This document shows, piece by piece, positions 30,191 to 40,766 of a stretch of DNA of 64,000 nt. The translations under genes were made by a program, and so were the position numbers. The stretch spans positions 42,731 through 106,730 of the forward strand of contig JAVWVS010000004.1 of NCBI GenBank assembly GCA_036666555.1, read 5' to 3'. Position 1 is the stretch's first letter. Every line of letters begins with the position of its first letter. The DNA comes from Lachnospiraceae bacterium. Lineage in GTDB: Bacteria > Bacillota > Clostridia > Lachnospirales > Lachnospiraceae. The notes under the pieces were generated by a model. The model did no database searches. It was not told where the DNA came from and worked only from the letters and a program-made list of their open reading frames with translations.

Positions 30191-31171
30191 TTACACTGCT
30201 TCTGATTTTCTTCTGTTCCATACATCTGCAAATACAGCACCAATCAAAACGAAACCGGTAATAAACAACTGATAGTGTGGCTGTAATCCTACAAAAGGAA
30301 GTCCTGTTTTTAATACAGACATAATAAACACACCGATTAAAGTTCCAGAGATAGAACCATTTCCACCTGATAAGGAAGTGCCACCGATAACAACACCTGC
30401 GATAGCGTCCAACTCAAAACCATTTCCGGTACCGGGCATTAAGGTAGAATAAACTGCCGCATAGGAAATACCTGCTAATGCTGCAAAAATACCACTAAAT
30501 ACAAATGCTAATGTTTCCCATTTTACAACGTTTACACCGGATAGTCTAGCCGCTTCCTTGTTACTTCCAAGAGCCAGAATATAACGTCCCGGACGAGTTT
30601 TATTTAATACCATAGACATAATAATTGCCAATACGATTAAAAGAATAAATCCGGTAGGAAGTCCTGCCAAAGGAAGTCCCGGTGCTTTGAATTTAAAGAT
30701 ATTGTGAAACCATGCACCTGCGGAATCTCCTTGTGGAAAAGTAACACTTGCAGTTCCGGTTACGATAGAGCCAAGACCTCTGGTGATCATCATGGTACCA
30801 AGAGTTGCAATAAATGCAGGTAATCCCATAACGGATACCATCAAACCATTTGCAAGTCCTACCAATAAACCAATTGCCAAAGTAATAATTAATACCAATG
30901 CCATAGGAACTCCTGCTTTGTTAAGCAAAGTACCACCAATTAAGGAGCAACAGATACATACCGTACCAATGGATAAATCGATTCCGCCAGTAATAATAAC
31001 AAAGGTAACACCAATTGCCATAAATCCAATGTAATAAGATGAATCTAAAATACTAATAAAAGTGCTGTATTGAAAGAAGTTACTCCCAAAGATACTGAAA
31101 AATACATATAACAGTACCAATGCCAAGATGGCAACTAATTTTTGTGTTCCCAGTGATTTTTTCTTTTTCAT
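30191..31171 (-). CDS. Sugar ABC transporter permease (ribose/xylose type)
   Basis: 326 aa, about 9-10 hydrophobic helices, GGIDLSIG motif. Confidence 0.9.
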   Translation of the reverse strand: MKKKKSLGTQKLVAILALVLLYVFFSIFGSNFFQYSTFISILDSSYYIGFMAIGVTFVIITGGIDLSIGTVCICCSLIGGTLLNKAGVPMALVLIITLAIGLLVGLANGLMVSVMGLPAFIATLGTMMITRGLGSIVTGTASVTFPQGDSAGAWFHNIFKFKAPGLPLAGLPTGFILLIVLAIIMSMVLNKTRPGRYILALGSNKEAARLSGVNVVKWETLAFVFSGIFAALAGISYAAVYSTLMPGTGNGFELDAIAGVVIGGTSLSGGNGSISGTLIGVFIMSVLKTGLPFVGLQPHYQLFITGFVLIGAVFADVWNRRKSEAV

Positions 31172-31187
31172 TTCTGTTCTCCTCCTA

Positions 31188-32696
31188 TTAATCTCTCAAA
31201 GTAGCTGCAGTCATAATGTTTTCCTGCGTTGCTTCTTCAATCGATAGTTCTCCTGTTTTACGTCCTTCACACATTACAACGATTCGATCGCTCATACGAA
31301 GAACTTCTGTTAATTCTGAAGAAATCATGATAATTGATTTTCCTTCTTTTGCCAGTTGATTCATCAATGTATATATTTCACTTTTGGCACCTACATCAAT
31401 ACCTCTGGTAGGTTCATCAAATATCAAAATTTCACTGTCTCGTGCAAGCCACTTTGCAATAACTACTTTTTGTTGGTTCCCGCCCGAAAGATTCTTAACT
31501 GCCTGGTTGACAGAAGGAGTTTTTGTTTTTAAAGCATCTACATATTTTTCAGCAATTTCTTTTTCTTTTTTCTTATCAATGAAGATTCCATTCATAAACA
31601 TTTCTAGCGATGCCATCGTTGTATTTTCGGCTACCGTCTTCCCGGTAATGATACCGTAACGCTTACGATCTTCTGACAAATATCCAATGCCATACTTTAC
31701 TGCATCTGCCGGTTTATGTATCTCCACCTTTTCGCCATTGATATAAATGTCACCACTGTCTTTTTTATCTGCTCCAAATAATGCTCTTGCTGTTTCGGTT
31801 CTTCCTGCACCCATAAGACCGGAAAATCCAAGTATTTCGCCTTTGCGAAGTTCAAAGCTGACATCTCTTACCATTTTCCCTGCATTCAAATGTTCCACTT
31901 TCAAGACTACCGGCGCATCCTCGGGTACATTACTCTTTTGCTTTGGTTCTTCATATACCACACGTCCAACCATCATATTGATGATATCATCTTTGGTAGA
32001 GTCTTCGGTAATCAATGTGCCTACATATTCTCCATCACGCATGACCGTTACACGGTCTGTGATTCGTTTAATTTCATCCATTCTATGAGAAATATATACA
32101 ATTCCAATATTTTTATCGCGTAAGTCACTAATGATTTTGAAAAGCTCGCTAATTTCTGTTTCAGTCAATGCTGCCGTTGGTTCGTCAAATACAATGACTT
32201 TCGCTTCCGTTGAAATTGCTTTCGCAATTTCACACATTTGTTGTCTACCTACCGTAAGATTTCCCATTTTGTCTTTGGGATTAATCTGGATGTTTAAAAT
32301 ATCAAATAATTTTTGTGCTTCCTCATTCATCTTTTTGTCATCAATGAGTTTGCCATTCATATTCTCACGTCCGATAAAAATGTTTTGAGCAACTGTCAAA
32401 TGATTCATCATGTTTAATTCTTGATGTACAATGACCACCCCTGCGTTTTGAGCCTCTTTTGGGTTTTTAAATTCCACTTCTTTACCTTCGTATGTAATCA
32501 CGCCGCTATCTTTACTGTAGATTCCGGTAAGAATCTTCATCAATGTTGATTTGCCCGCTCCGTTTTCACCCATTAGTGCGTGTACTTCGCCTCTTTTTAA
32601 GTCCAGCTGTACATTTTTCAATGCGTGAACACCAACAAAAGATTTATCAATATCTTTCATTGTTAAAATAACTTCTCCCACGTTCTCACCTTCCAT
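31188..32696 (-). CDS. Sugar ABC transporter ATP-binding protein (two fused NBDs)
   Basis: 502 aa. GENGAGKST and a second NBD with LSGGNQQKV and IFDEPTRGIDV. Confidence 0.95.
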   Translation of the reverse strand: MEGENVGEVILTMKDIDKSFVGVHALKNVQLDLKRGEVHALMGENGAGKSTLMKILTGIYSKDSGVITYEGKEVEFKNPKEAQNAGVVIVHQELNMMNHLTVAQNIFIGRENMNGKLIDDKKMNEEAQKLFDILNIQINPKDKMGNLTVGRQQMCEIAKAISTEAKVIVFDEPTAALTETEISELFKIISDLRDKNIGIVYISHRMDEIKRITDRVTVMRDGEYVGTLITEDSTKDDIINMMVGRVVYEEPKQKSNVPEDAPVVLKVEHLNAGKMVRDVSFELRKGEILGFSGLMGAGRTETARALFGADKKDSGDIYINGEKVEIHKPADAVKYGIGYLSEDRKRYGIITGKTVAENTTMASLEMFMNGIFIDKKKEKEIAEKYVDALKTKTPSVNQAVKNLSGGNQQKVVIAKWLARDSEILIFDEPTRGIDVGAKSEIYTLMNQLAKEGKSIIMISSELTEVLRMSDRIVVMCEGRKTGELSIEEATQENIMTAATLRD

Positions 32697-32785
32697 TTCT
32701 TTGCTTCGTCTACCTGTTTACCTCTTCACTAGATTTATTATACCTTCCTTCGATTCCAAACAACATGGAATATCTTATTGAAAAA

Positions 32786-32820
32786 GGAGAAAATCTTACT
32801 GTCATAGTAGGATTTTCTCT
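32786..32820 (-). terminator. Terminator after the sensor operon (upstream of the ABC operon promoter region)
   Basis: 14-bp stem GAGAAAATCTTACT/AGTAGGATTTTCTC (one G-U pair) with a 5-nt loop, flanked by A5 and T6 tracts. Confidence 0.6.
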
Positions 32821-32859
32821 TTTTTATGGTATATTATTCACTTTTGCACATTTTGTTTT

Positions 32860-33849
32860 CTAGTATTTATTCTTTTCATGAAAGGGAAAAAGTAATTTCT
32901 GATTTTCTTTTGTATAGATATTTTCTCTTACAATCAGTTTCGAACCGGAGTCTACAGTGGCTTTTGGCGTTTCGTGATTGGCTAGTGCAATTGCCGTTTT
33001 CACCCCTAAATATCCCATGTCAAAAGGTTTCTGAATTACAATGCTGTTCACCAGTCCAGACTCCAGCATTTGAATTTCTTCGATGGAATTATCAAAACCG
33101 ACGATTTTCACTTTTCCGGACAGTCCCATATCTTTAATGGCTCTTCCTGCTCCCACTGTTGAATATTCATTGAGCCCTGCCACCAATGTAATCTCCGGAT
33201 GGGCAAGCAGCATTTCCTTGGTCACTTCGTACCCATGACTATAACTGGAATCAGAAAACACTGTTTCCACTACATTACCACTTTTATCCTTCAGTCCTTT
33301 GCGAAAACCGGACTCTCGATCAATGGCGGTAGACGCGCCTTTGACATGACTGACAATTCCAATACCATCCTGCTCTTCGCACAGCTTGCTTGCATATAAT
33401 CCCATAATTTCGCCTGCAGCCACATTGTCCGTGGTAATCACTGCATCGGCAATGTCTTTTTCCAAAACGGAATCAATTAACACCAATTTGATGCCATGAC
33501 TTTTTATTTTCCGAGCAGCTGACAGGGTTTTTACATAATCTGCAGGTGCCAGCACAATGGCATCCGGTTTCTTTTGGATGGCTTCTGCAATCAATTCATT
33601 TTGACGGGCAATATCATTTTCTTTTTCCGGTGCAACTACTTCAAGCTCTGCATCTTTTTCATCGGCGGCCATGCTAGCGCCTTCAATTAACATAGACCAA
33701 AAATCGCTTTCATCCGCACTTTTTGAAACATAGATAATTTTTAATGGTTTTGCCTGAATTGCCCGATATTCCACAGCAATCAGAACTGCTGCGACAATCA
33801 CTACCGCCCCTATCAGGAAATATCTTTTTCTATTCCTCATTATTTTCAT
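32860..33849 (-). CDS. Membrane-anchored periplasmic-binding-protein-like sugar sensor component
   Basis: 329 aa. One N-terminal TM helix and a type I sugar-binding fold. Overlaps the kinase stop by 20 nt. This arrangement resembles the PBP + LytS/YesM + YesN three-component sugar sensors of Firmicutes. Confidence 0.75.
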   Translation of the reverse strand: MKIMRNRKRYFLIGAVVIVAAVLIAVEYRAIQAKPLKIIYVSKSADESDFWSMLIEGASMAADEKDAELEVVAPEKENDIARQNELIAEAIQKKPDAIVLAPADYVKTLSAARKIKSHGIKLVLIDSVLEKDIADAVITTDNVAAGEIMGLYASKLCEEQDGIGIVSHVKGASTAIDRESGFRKGLKDKSGNVVETVFSDSSYSHGYEVTKEMLLAHPEITLVAGLNEYSTVGAGRAIKDMGLSGKVKIVGFDNSIEEIQMLESGLVNSIVIQKPFDMGYLGVKTAIALANHETPKATVDSGSKLIVRENIYTKENQKLLFPFHEKNKY

Positions 33850-35647
33850 GTTGCTTCGCTCCCATCATCGGAATTCGAATGGTAACCACCGTTCCTTCTC
33901 CTTTTTTGCTTTGATAACATAGCCCATATTCTTTGCCATAATAAAGCTGCAAGCGATTCTGTATATTATAGACACCCACTCCGTTGGTCTTTTTTCCCGC
34001 TTCCCGCTTCTCAAAAATATGCTCCAATTCCGTTTCGTCCATCCCCATTCCGTTATCCGCTACTTCTAAGACAATCTTATCTCCCTCTCGGAATCCTCGG
34101 ATGCTAAGCATTCCTTTATGTTCTGCATATTTAATTCCGTGATAGATTGCATTTTCAACCAGTGGCTGTAAGGTAAGCTTCACGATCTGCTGGGATAAAA
34201 TATCCGGTTCCATAAAAATGTGGAATGCCAGCTTGTCTTGGTATCGTATTTCCTGAATGGTCAAATATGTTTTCGTATATTCCACTTCTTTGGCAATGGT
34301 TACCAGTTCATCATCATTTCCAATGCTTTGTCGAAACAGTTTCGCCAAAGATGATGTCATTAACACTACTTTTTGATTGTTTTTTCCGCTTTCCGCCATC
34401 CAGATAATCGAATCTAACGTATTGTATAAAAAATGTGGATTGATTTGAGCCTGAAGCGCTCTCATTTCCGCCTTTCGTTTCTGCCTCTGTTCTTCCATGT
34501 TTTGTTTCATCAGTTGTTCAATTTTTCGAGTCATCATATTAAATGTTTTTCCCAATCGACCAATTTCATTGGGAGACAGATCTTCAATAGCAGCACTGTC
34601 AAAGTGTCCCTTTTCTACTTCCTTCATGGAATCATCCAAGATACGAATCGGACTTGTAATCCTTCCAGAAATAAAAGCAGAGATAGCTGCGCCTATCAGA
34701 AGTAACAAAATCGTAATGAACAGATAAAGCATCACCGTTTCGGTCCTTCCTTTTAAAAGTTCCGACATATAAGAAACCCCCACCACTGTCCAACCACTTT
34801 TCTCTGATTTCGAGACCGAATACACTTTACTGCCATCCTTGCTTTTTTTTACAAAGCTGGTGTCATTGCCCTTTACCTCCATCACACGTTGAATGACTTC
34901 TTCTTTCATGCCACTGTAAATCAGTTGTTGCTGGGGATGATAAATGATGGTACCATTTTCATCCAGTAGATAAATATATCCTTTTTCACCCAAACTAATG
35001 GTCTTGCACAGATCATTAATTGCACTGTAATTCAAATCAATAAACATGACCCCTTGAATTTCCTCGGTTTGATTATTATAGATTCCTCTGCTTAATGTAA
35101 TGACCCATGGATAATTTCCGGCAATGGTATTTTGCACATGGGAGCCAGACAATACAAATCCTTTTTCATTTTCCTTTTTGGCTTCCTGAAACCAGCTTTC
35201 CGAAGAAATGCTATGATACAGATTCAGCTTAGAATTCCCACGGTTAATAATCATTCGCCCATTGTCCCCAATCACCGCCACATTACAGATGTCTGCACGG
35301 CTGTTCATAATGGTCTGGAATTGGCTGACCACACGGTTGTATTGCTCATTTTTCTCTGTATCCGGCACATTTTCCTGAAAGAGATATTCTTGTACATCTC
35401 GGTTCCTAGTAATCATCTGCGATGTATTTTCCATATAATTAATATAGGAATCAATATTCCCATTGACTTGATGGATTAACTGCTGGGTGTATTCCGTGGA
35501 ATTTTGTACCACACTATTTTTCGTGTAATTGATGGAAATTACAAAAAACACAAGAAGTGAAATCATAATCAAGACACAAAAAGAAAGCAGTATCGTTGTG
35601 CGAATACTTTTAAATCGAAATAACCAATTCTGCTTCTTTTCTTTCAT
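33830..35647 (-). CDS. Sensor histidine kinase (YesM/LytS type)
   Basis: Two TM helices flanking an extracellular domain, HAMP domain, NPHFLYNTL histidine-kinase motif, HATPase DNGMGM. ATG 35647 has GGAGGT 4 nt upstream. Confidence 0.9.
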   Translation of the reverse strand: MKEKKQNWLFRFKSIRTTILLSFCVLIMISLLVFFVISINYTKNSVVQNSTEYTQQLIHQVNGNIDSYINYMENTSQMITRNRDVQEYLFQENVPDTEKNEQYNRVVSQFQTIMNSRADICNVAVIGDNGRMIINRGNSKLNLYHSISSESWFQEAKKENEKGFVLSGSHVQNTIAGNYPWVITLSRGIYNNQTEEIQGVMFIDLNYSAINDLCKTISLGEKGYIYLLDENGTIIYHPQQQLIYSGMKEEVIQRVMEVKGNDTSFVKKSKDGSKVYSVSKSEKSGWTVVGVSYMSELLKGRTETVMLYLFITILLLLIGAAISAFISGRITSPIRILDDSMKEVEKGHFDSAAIEDLSPNEIGRLGKTFNMMTRKIEQLMKQNMEEQRQKRKAEMRALQAQINPHFLYNTLDSIIWMAESGKNNQKVVLMTSSLAKLFRQSIGNDDELVTIAKEVEYTKTYLTIQEIRYQDKLAFHIFMEPDILSQQIVKLTLQPLVENAIYHGIKYAEHKGMLSIRGFREGDKIVLEVADNGMGMDETELEHIFEKREAGKKTNGVGVYNIQNRLQLYYGKEYGLCYQSKKGEGTVVTIRIPMMGAKQHENNEE

Positions 35648-35649
35648 AT

Positions 35650-37257
35650 CTACCTCCATCTACGGGCATATTCTGTCGGGGATTCTTCTACATACTTTTT
35701 AAAGGTACTGCTAAAATAATGAGGATCACTGTAACCTACCTCTTCTGCAATTTCATAGGAACGCATCTGGGTCGTTTGAAACAATTCCTTTGCCTTTTCA
35801 ATTCTTTTTTTAGTCAACGCTTCAATAAAAGTGATTCCCGTATAATTTTTAAACATGGCACTGAAATAACTGGTGCTCATAGCCATATATCGACAAGCCG
35901 AGTTAAGAGAAATCCCGGAGTCTTGATAATTCTTATCGATGTACTCTAACGCTTTGATGGCTTGCTGTTTTCCAAGGCTATCCCTGCTTTGTCCAATTTC
36001 TTTTGCAATCTCCAGACAAAACTGATAAAGAAGTTCCTTCACATCTTCCAGATGATTTTGATGATTCAGCTCTTCTAAAAAAGATTCCTCTTTTTCAAAG
36101 ATCATCTGCTCATCCATCCCAAGCTCATCCGCTGAAAACATAATTTTCAAAATAATGCTTTGCACATAAGATAAGGTCTTGTTCTTGGAAGTAAAAGTGC
36201 TGCGTATTTTTTCAAAAAAATTCGCAGTATACAATTTTAAATCTCGTTCATTATTCTGCTTCACAGCCATCACAAAGCGTTCCTGCCATCTTGTGATATC
36301 AATGTCATCTTCTACGGTTCGATGGGAGAATTCCTTTCCAAATAAAAGCACATTCTCTCCAAACAAAAATTCAAATTCTTTTACAGCAACTGCATTTTGA
36401 TAGGACTGTGGAATTTCTTCTATCCGGCTGACACACCGACCTGCCAAAACAACCGTATTAATCTGTAGTAAGGTACAGATTAACTGTTGTATTTTATGAA
36501 ATATGCTTTTTATCCGGTCTTCCAACTGATATTCACTTTCCCCAGCCATTAGAACCGTAGTAACATTCCCAGTATCTTGGAACACCTCACAGTTTTCTTC
36601 TAATTCCAGGGATTCTTCTGTGATATTATATACAGCAAACAGCGCTAGTTCATCGGTCATGCGTTGTCCGTGATGTTCAAAATTAAATCCGCTTTGACAT
36701 TGTATCTGCAGTGCACAAAAACATTCCCCCTGTAAGGAGATTCCATAACTTTCCAACCGTTCTTTTGCGTCAGGAACTTCTCCCTTTCCTTTTACGAACT
36801 GGTTTAAAAAGCGTTCTTTTAGTAAAGGCATACTTTTTTCATATGCCTCCTTGATTTTATCAAACTGTCCTTTTTCCTTTTCTTCATCCAGTCTGTTCTT
36901 CATGCGAAGCAATACGTCCGACAATTCACTTGCAGTAACCGGTTTGAGAATATATTCCATCACTTGATAGGCAATGGCACTTTTTGCATAATCAAAATTA
37001 TCATATCCACTGATAATGACAATTTTAATTTCCGGACAATGTTCATATACATATTTAGCCAGTTCTATTCCATCTACATAGGGCATGCAAATATCCGACA
37101 AAATCAGATCGGGAGGATTGTTTTCTATTTCTGCAATGGCTTCTTTCCCATTCTCGCACACATTACTCAGTTCATAGCCCAATTCTTCCCAATGGATATT
37201 CTCGCTGATTGCTTCCCGGATCAAGAACTCATCATCCACCAATAACACTTTATACAT
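35650..37257 (-). CDS. Response regulator with AraC-type HTH output (YesN type)
   Basis: Receiver domain KVLLVDDE...LILSDICMP and a C-terminal AraC HTH (GYSDPHYFSSTFKKY). ATG 37257 has GAGGTG 5 nt upstream. The ORF-track N-terminal extension is rejected. Confidence 0.9.
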   Translation of the reverse strand: MYKVLLVDDEFLIREAISENIHWEELGYELSNVCENGKEAIAEIENNPPDLILSDICMPYVDGIELAKYVYEHCPEIKIVIISGYDNFDYAKSAIAYQVMEYILKPVTASELSDVLLRMKNRLDEEKEKGQFDKIKEAYEKSMPLLKERFLNQFVKGKGEVPDAKERLESYGISLQGECFCALQIQCQSGFNFEHHGQRMTDELALFAVYNITEESLELEENCEVFQDTGNVTTVLMAGESEYQLEDRIKSIFHKIQQLICTLLQINTVVLAGRCVSRIEEIPQSYQNAVAVKEFEFLFGENVLLFGKEFSHRTVEDDIDITRWQERFVMAVKQNNERDLKLYTANFFEKIRSTFTSKNKTLSYVQSIILKIMFSADELGMDEQMIFEKEESFLEELNHQNHLEDVKELLYQFCLEIAKEIGQSRDSLGKQQAIKALEYIDKNYQDSGISLNSACRYMAMSTSYFSAMFKNYTGITFIEALTKKRIEKAKELFQTTQMRSYEIAEEVGYSDPHYFSSTFKKYVEESPTEYARRWR

Positions 37258-37285
37258 CTTCTCACCTCTTCCTGCTTCTTGTAAA

Positions 37286-37314
37286 AGTATATCAAAAAAG
37301 GATGCACAAATCAA
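37286..37314 (-). promoter_or_regulatory. Putative promoter of the response-regulator/kinase/sensor operon
   Basis: On the minus strand: TTGATT (37314-37309), 17 nt, TATACT (37291-37286). Confidence 0.45.
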
Positions 37315-37316
37315 AC

Positions 37317-37354
37317 TGAAAAATGCAGACGCATTGACCACGTCTGCACTTTTT
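37317..37354. terminator. Intrinsic terminator after the kinase gene (fucI-kinase unit)
   Basis: TGCAGACG-cattgacca-CGTCTGCA flanked by an A tract (37319-37323) and a T tract (37350-37354). Confidence 0.75.
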
Positions 37355-37362
37355 ACTTATGT

Positions 37363-38826
37363 TTATATTAGTTTTAAAAATCGTTGGTATGCATTTTCCC
37401 ACAACGTTCGATCTTCCGGTTCGTAGCGAAGAATTTTTTGTGAATTTCCAATAATTTCTCTGGCTTCTTTTAAGGAACCAATCTCTCCGGAAGCAAGAAG
37501 TTGCAATGCAACATTGCCAAGTACCGTAGCTTCTACCGGTCCTGCACTGACGGTTCTTCCACAGGCATTCGCTGTAAACTGACACAAAAGTCTGCTTTGC
37601 GTTCCACCACCGACCATATATATGGTTTCATAATTTTTCTTGGTACAATCCATGATTTCTTCCATCACATAACGGTATTTCAATGCCAAACTTTCATCAA
37701 TGCAACGTACAATCTCTCCTTTTGTAACCGGAACTGCTTGTCCGGTGCGCTGACAAAACTCTTGGATTCTCTTTGGGAGATTCCCAGCCGGAACGAATTC
37801 CGGTGCGTCCGGATCAATGAAACATTTTAATGGAGCAGTCTTTTGCGCCATTTCTTCCAATTCTCCAAACCCATACTCTTCCCCTTCACGAATCCACTGT
37901 CTGCGGCTCTCTTGAATACACCAAAGTCCAATGATATTCTTTAAGAAAGAAGCCTTCTTTTCACAGCCACCTTCGTTGGTAATATTATAGTGAATTGATT
38001 TTTCATTAATGAGGGGTTGTTTTAATTCGGTTCCCAGCAAAGACCAAGTTCCACAACTTAAGAAAATAAAGTCCTCTTCTTTAGCAGGTACCGATACCAA
38101 AGCATCTTGAGTATCATGCCCAGCAACTGCCATCACATCCATTTTCTCTATGCCAAGTTCTTCACAGATAGCATCTGTCAAAGTACCTACTTTCGTTCCA
38201 CAAGGAACTACAGGGGAAAAGATTCTTTTTGGTAAGCCTAATTTTTCAATGACTTCCTCAGACCAATCTCCCTTTTTTGCGTCCAGCAGTTGTGTGGTAG
38301 ATGCGATTGAATATTCTGCAGCCTTTTCTCCGGTCAAAAGGTAATTAAACAAATCCGGCATCATCAACATGCAGTCTGCCCGTTCCAACAATTCCGGTCT
38401 GTTTTCTGTTAAGGAAAGCAATTGAAATGCTGTATTGATCTCCATAAACTGGTTACCGGTAATCTGGTAAAAACGTTCTTTATCTATCTTTTCAAAGCTC
38501 TTGGAAAGCATGCCTTCGGTTCGATTATCCCGATAATGCACCGGATTTTCTAACAGGCTTCCTTTTTTGTCCAATAATCCAAAATCCACACCCCATGTGT
38601 CAATTCCAATGCTTTCGATTTTTCCACATTTTTTAGACTTTAACAGTCCTTGTTTGATCTCGAAGAAGAGTCTTAACACATCCCAGTACATCGTTTCATT
38701 TACCACCACCGGGTCATTGGAAAAGCGGTGTAGTTCTTCAATTTGAATGGTATTTCCATCGAACGTGCCACACATGGCACGTCCGCTGGAAGCTCCAAAG
38801 TCAAACGCTAATACTTTTTTATCCAT
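37363..38826 (-). CDS. FGGY sugar kinase of the rhamnulokinase (RhaB) family, probable L-fuculokinase by context
   Basis: 487 aa. FDFGASSGR, IGIDTWGVDFGLLD, YRDNRT, NITNEGG, KNIIGLWCIQ and GPVEATVLGN parallel E. coli RhaB as I recall it, not E. coli FucK. Located directly downstream of fucI. Confidence 0.8.
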   Translation of the reverse strand: MDKKVLAFDFGASSGRAMCGTFDGNTIQIEELHRFSNDPVVVNETMYWDVLRLFFEIKQGLLKSKKCGKIESIGIDTWGVDFGLLDKKGSLLENPVHYRDNRTEGMLSKSFEKIDKERFYQITGNQFMEINTAFQLLSLTENRPELLERADCMLMMPDLFNYLLTGEKAAEYSIASTTQLLDAKKGDWSEEVIEKLGLPKRIFSPVVPCGTKVGTLTDAICEELGIEKMDVMAVAGHDTQDALVSVPAKEEDFIFLSCGTWSLLGTELKQPLINEKSIHYNITNEGGCEKKASFLKNIIGLWCIQESRRQWIREGEEYGFGELEEMAQKTAPLKCFIDPDAPEFVPAGNLPKRIQEFCQRTGQAVPVTKGEIVRCIDESLALKYRYVMEEIMDCTKKNYETIYMVGGGTQSRLLCQFTANACGRTVSAGPVEATVLGNVALQLLASGEIGSLKEAREIIGNSQKILRYEPEDRTLWENAYQRFLKLI

Positions 38827-38840
38827 TTCCTCACCCTTTC

Positions 38841-40634
38841 TTACTTATAAAGTGGGCCGTATGTCGCACAAGCTCTGTAATCCTGACCTTCTTTATCTTG
38901 TCCAAAAGCATTCCATGCAGATGGTCTAAAGATCTCTTCATTTGGAACATTGTGCATTGCTACCGGAATACGAAGCATTGAGCACATGGTGATTAAATCT
39001 GCACCAATATGACCATAGCTGATTGCACCATGGTTCGCACCCCAGTTGTTCATAACGTCATAAGCGGTCTTAAATGCACCTTCGCCGGTTGTTCTTGGTG
39101 CAAACCAAGTACATGGCCATGTATAGTCGGTACGTTTCCACAAAGTATCGGTCACTTCTTCTGGAAGTTTCACTGTCCATCCTTCTGCAATTTGAAGAAC
39201 CGGTCCCAATCCCTTTACCAGATTTAGACGAACCATGGTACAAGGCATCTCTGCTTCGGTTACGAATCTAGAAGAATATCCACCACCTCTGAAATAGCCA
39301 AAATCTGCATAATTCCATGTAGTCGCATCCATCATTGCTTTTTGGTCTGCTTCGGTTACGTCATACCAAGGTTTGATCATTGGTGTTCCGTCTTCTGCTT
39401 TTGATTGTCCATTTGCATCTAAGCAGGATGCACCGGAATTGATCAAATGAATGATTCCGTCTGCTTCTTTTGCAGCTCCTTGCAGTTCATAGCCGGTTGC
39501 TTTTTTTACTGCTTCTGGACTCCAGTAGGTACGTACATCGGAAAAGATCTGTGCACTGTTGGTCAATAATTTTCCAAACATCATTCCCAAACCGTTTAAT
39601 ACATCGTTCTCCGTTGCTAATACGTAAGGTTCTCTTGCGCCATTCCAATCAAAAGAAGTATTTAACAGAGCTTCTGCGAAATCACAGTTTGGATAAAAAT
39701 CAGTCCATTGACGTTGTCCCTGGAAGCCTGCAGCCAATGCATTGTGACCTACTCGTTCTTCTTCACAGCCTTCTGGAAGATTTGGATTGCCATTCATTAA
39801 GTCTTTGATGATACACATCATCTTTACAACAAATTCCCAATCTTTTTCTTTTTCTTCTGCTGATTTTTTAACCGTATCCGGATTCTTATCAAATCCTTCT
39901 TTGCAATTTGCTTTTGCCCATGCAAGTGCTTTTTGGAATTCTTTTTCATCGTAGATACCTTCGGTCATTCTACGAATAATTTCCACTTCATCTACAGACT
40001 CTACTCGCATTCCCAAATATTCTTCGATAAAGGCCGGATCAATGATTGATCCACCAATACCCATACAGATAGAACCAATCTGTAAATAAGATTTTCCGCG
40101 CATAGATGCTGCTGCAACTGCTGCTCGTCCAAATCTCAATAATTTTTCGGTTACATCTGCTGGAATCTCAGCATCATCAGCATCTTGTACGTCGCGACCA
40201 TAAATGCCAAATGCAGGAAGTCCTTTTTGTGCATGAGTAGCAAGTACGGATGCAAGATAAACAGCTCCCGGTCTTTCAGTTGCATTGAGTCCCCACACAC
40301 CTTTGATGGTCTTTGGGTCCATATCCATGGTTTCTGCACCATAGCACCAGCAAGGCGTTACGGTAAGCGTGATATCCACTCCTTCTTTTCGAAACTTATC
40401 TGCACAGGCAGCAGTTTCTGGTACACGTCCAATCGTAGTATCTGCAATCACTACTTTTACCGGCTCTCCGTTTGAATATTTTAAATTATCTTGAAACAAC
40501 TTTGCAGCGGATTGTGCCATTGCCATTGTCTGTTTTTCTAAAGAACCTCTGACGTCTAAATAACCTCTTCTTCCATCGATGGTTGGTCTGATTCCGATAA
40601 CCGGGTAATCTCCAATTAATCTACTTTTTGCCAT
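38841..40634 (-). CDS. fucI: L-fucose isomerase
   Basis: 597 aa. The N-terminus [12 protein letters not shown]...[10 protein letters not shown] matches E. coli FucI (IGIRPVIDGRR...LEEQTM). AAGGAGG upstream. Confidence 0.95.
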   Translation of the reverse strand: MAKSRLIGDYPVIGIRPTIDGRRGYLDVRGSLEKQTMAMAQSAAKLFQDNLKYSNGEPVKVVIADTTIGRVPETAACADKFRKEGVDITLTVTPCWCYGAETMDMDPKTIKGVWGLNATERPGAVYLASVLATHAQKGLPAFGIYGRDVQDADDAEIPADVTEKLLRFGRAAVAAASMRGKSYLQIGSICMGIGGSIIDPAFIEEYLGMRVESVDEVEIIRRMTEGIYDEKEFQKALAWAKANCKEGFDKNPDTVKKSAEEKEKDWEFVVKMMCIIKDLMNGNPNLPEGCEEERVGHNALAAGFQGQRQWTDFYPNCDFAEALLNTSFDWNGAREPYVLATENDVLNGLGMMFGKLLTNSAQIFSDVRTYWSPEAVKKATGYELQGAAKEADGIIHLINSGASCLDANGQSKAEDGTPMIKPWYDVTEADQKAMMDATTWNYADFGYFRGGGYSSRFVTEAEMPCTMVRLNLVKGLGPVLQIAEGWTVKLPEEVTDTLWKRTDYTWPCTWFAPRTTGEGAFKTAYDVMNNWGANHGAISYGHIGADLITMCSMLRIPVAMHNVPNEEIFRPSAWNAFGQDKEGQDYRACATYGPLYK

Positions 40635-40766
40635 GATAAATCCTCCTTTTCAAAATAACACATAGTTTGGTTGATAACTTCATTATATTCTTGATTTTCT
40701 GATAATTCTTGTGGTATAGTAGAAAAAAACATAACAATATTCACTTTTTGAAAGGATGTTGAAAAA

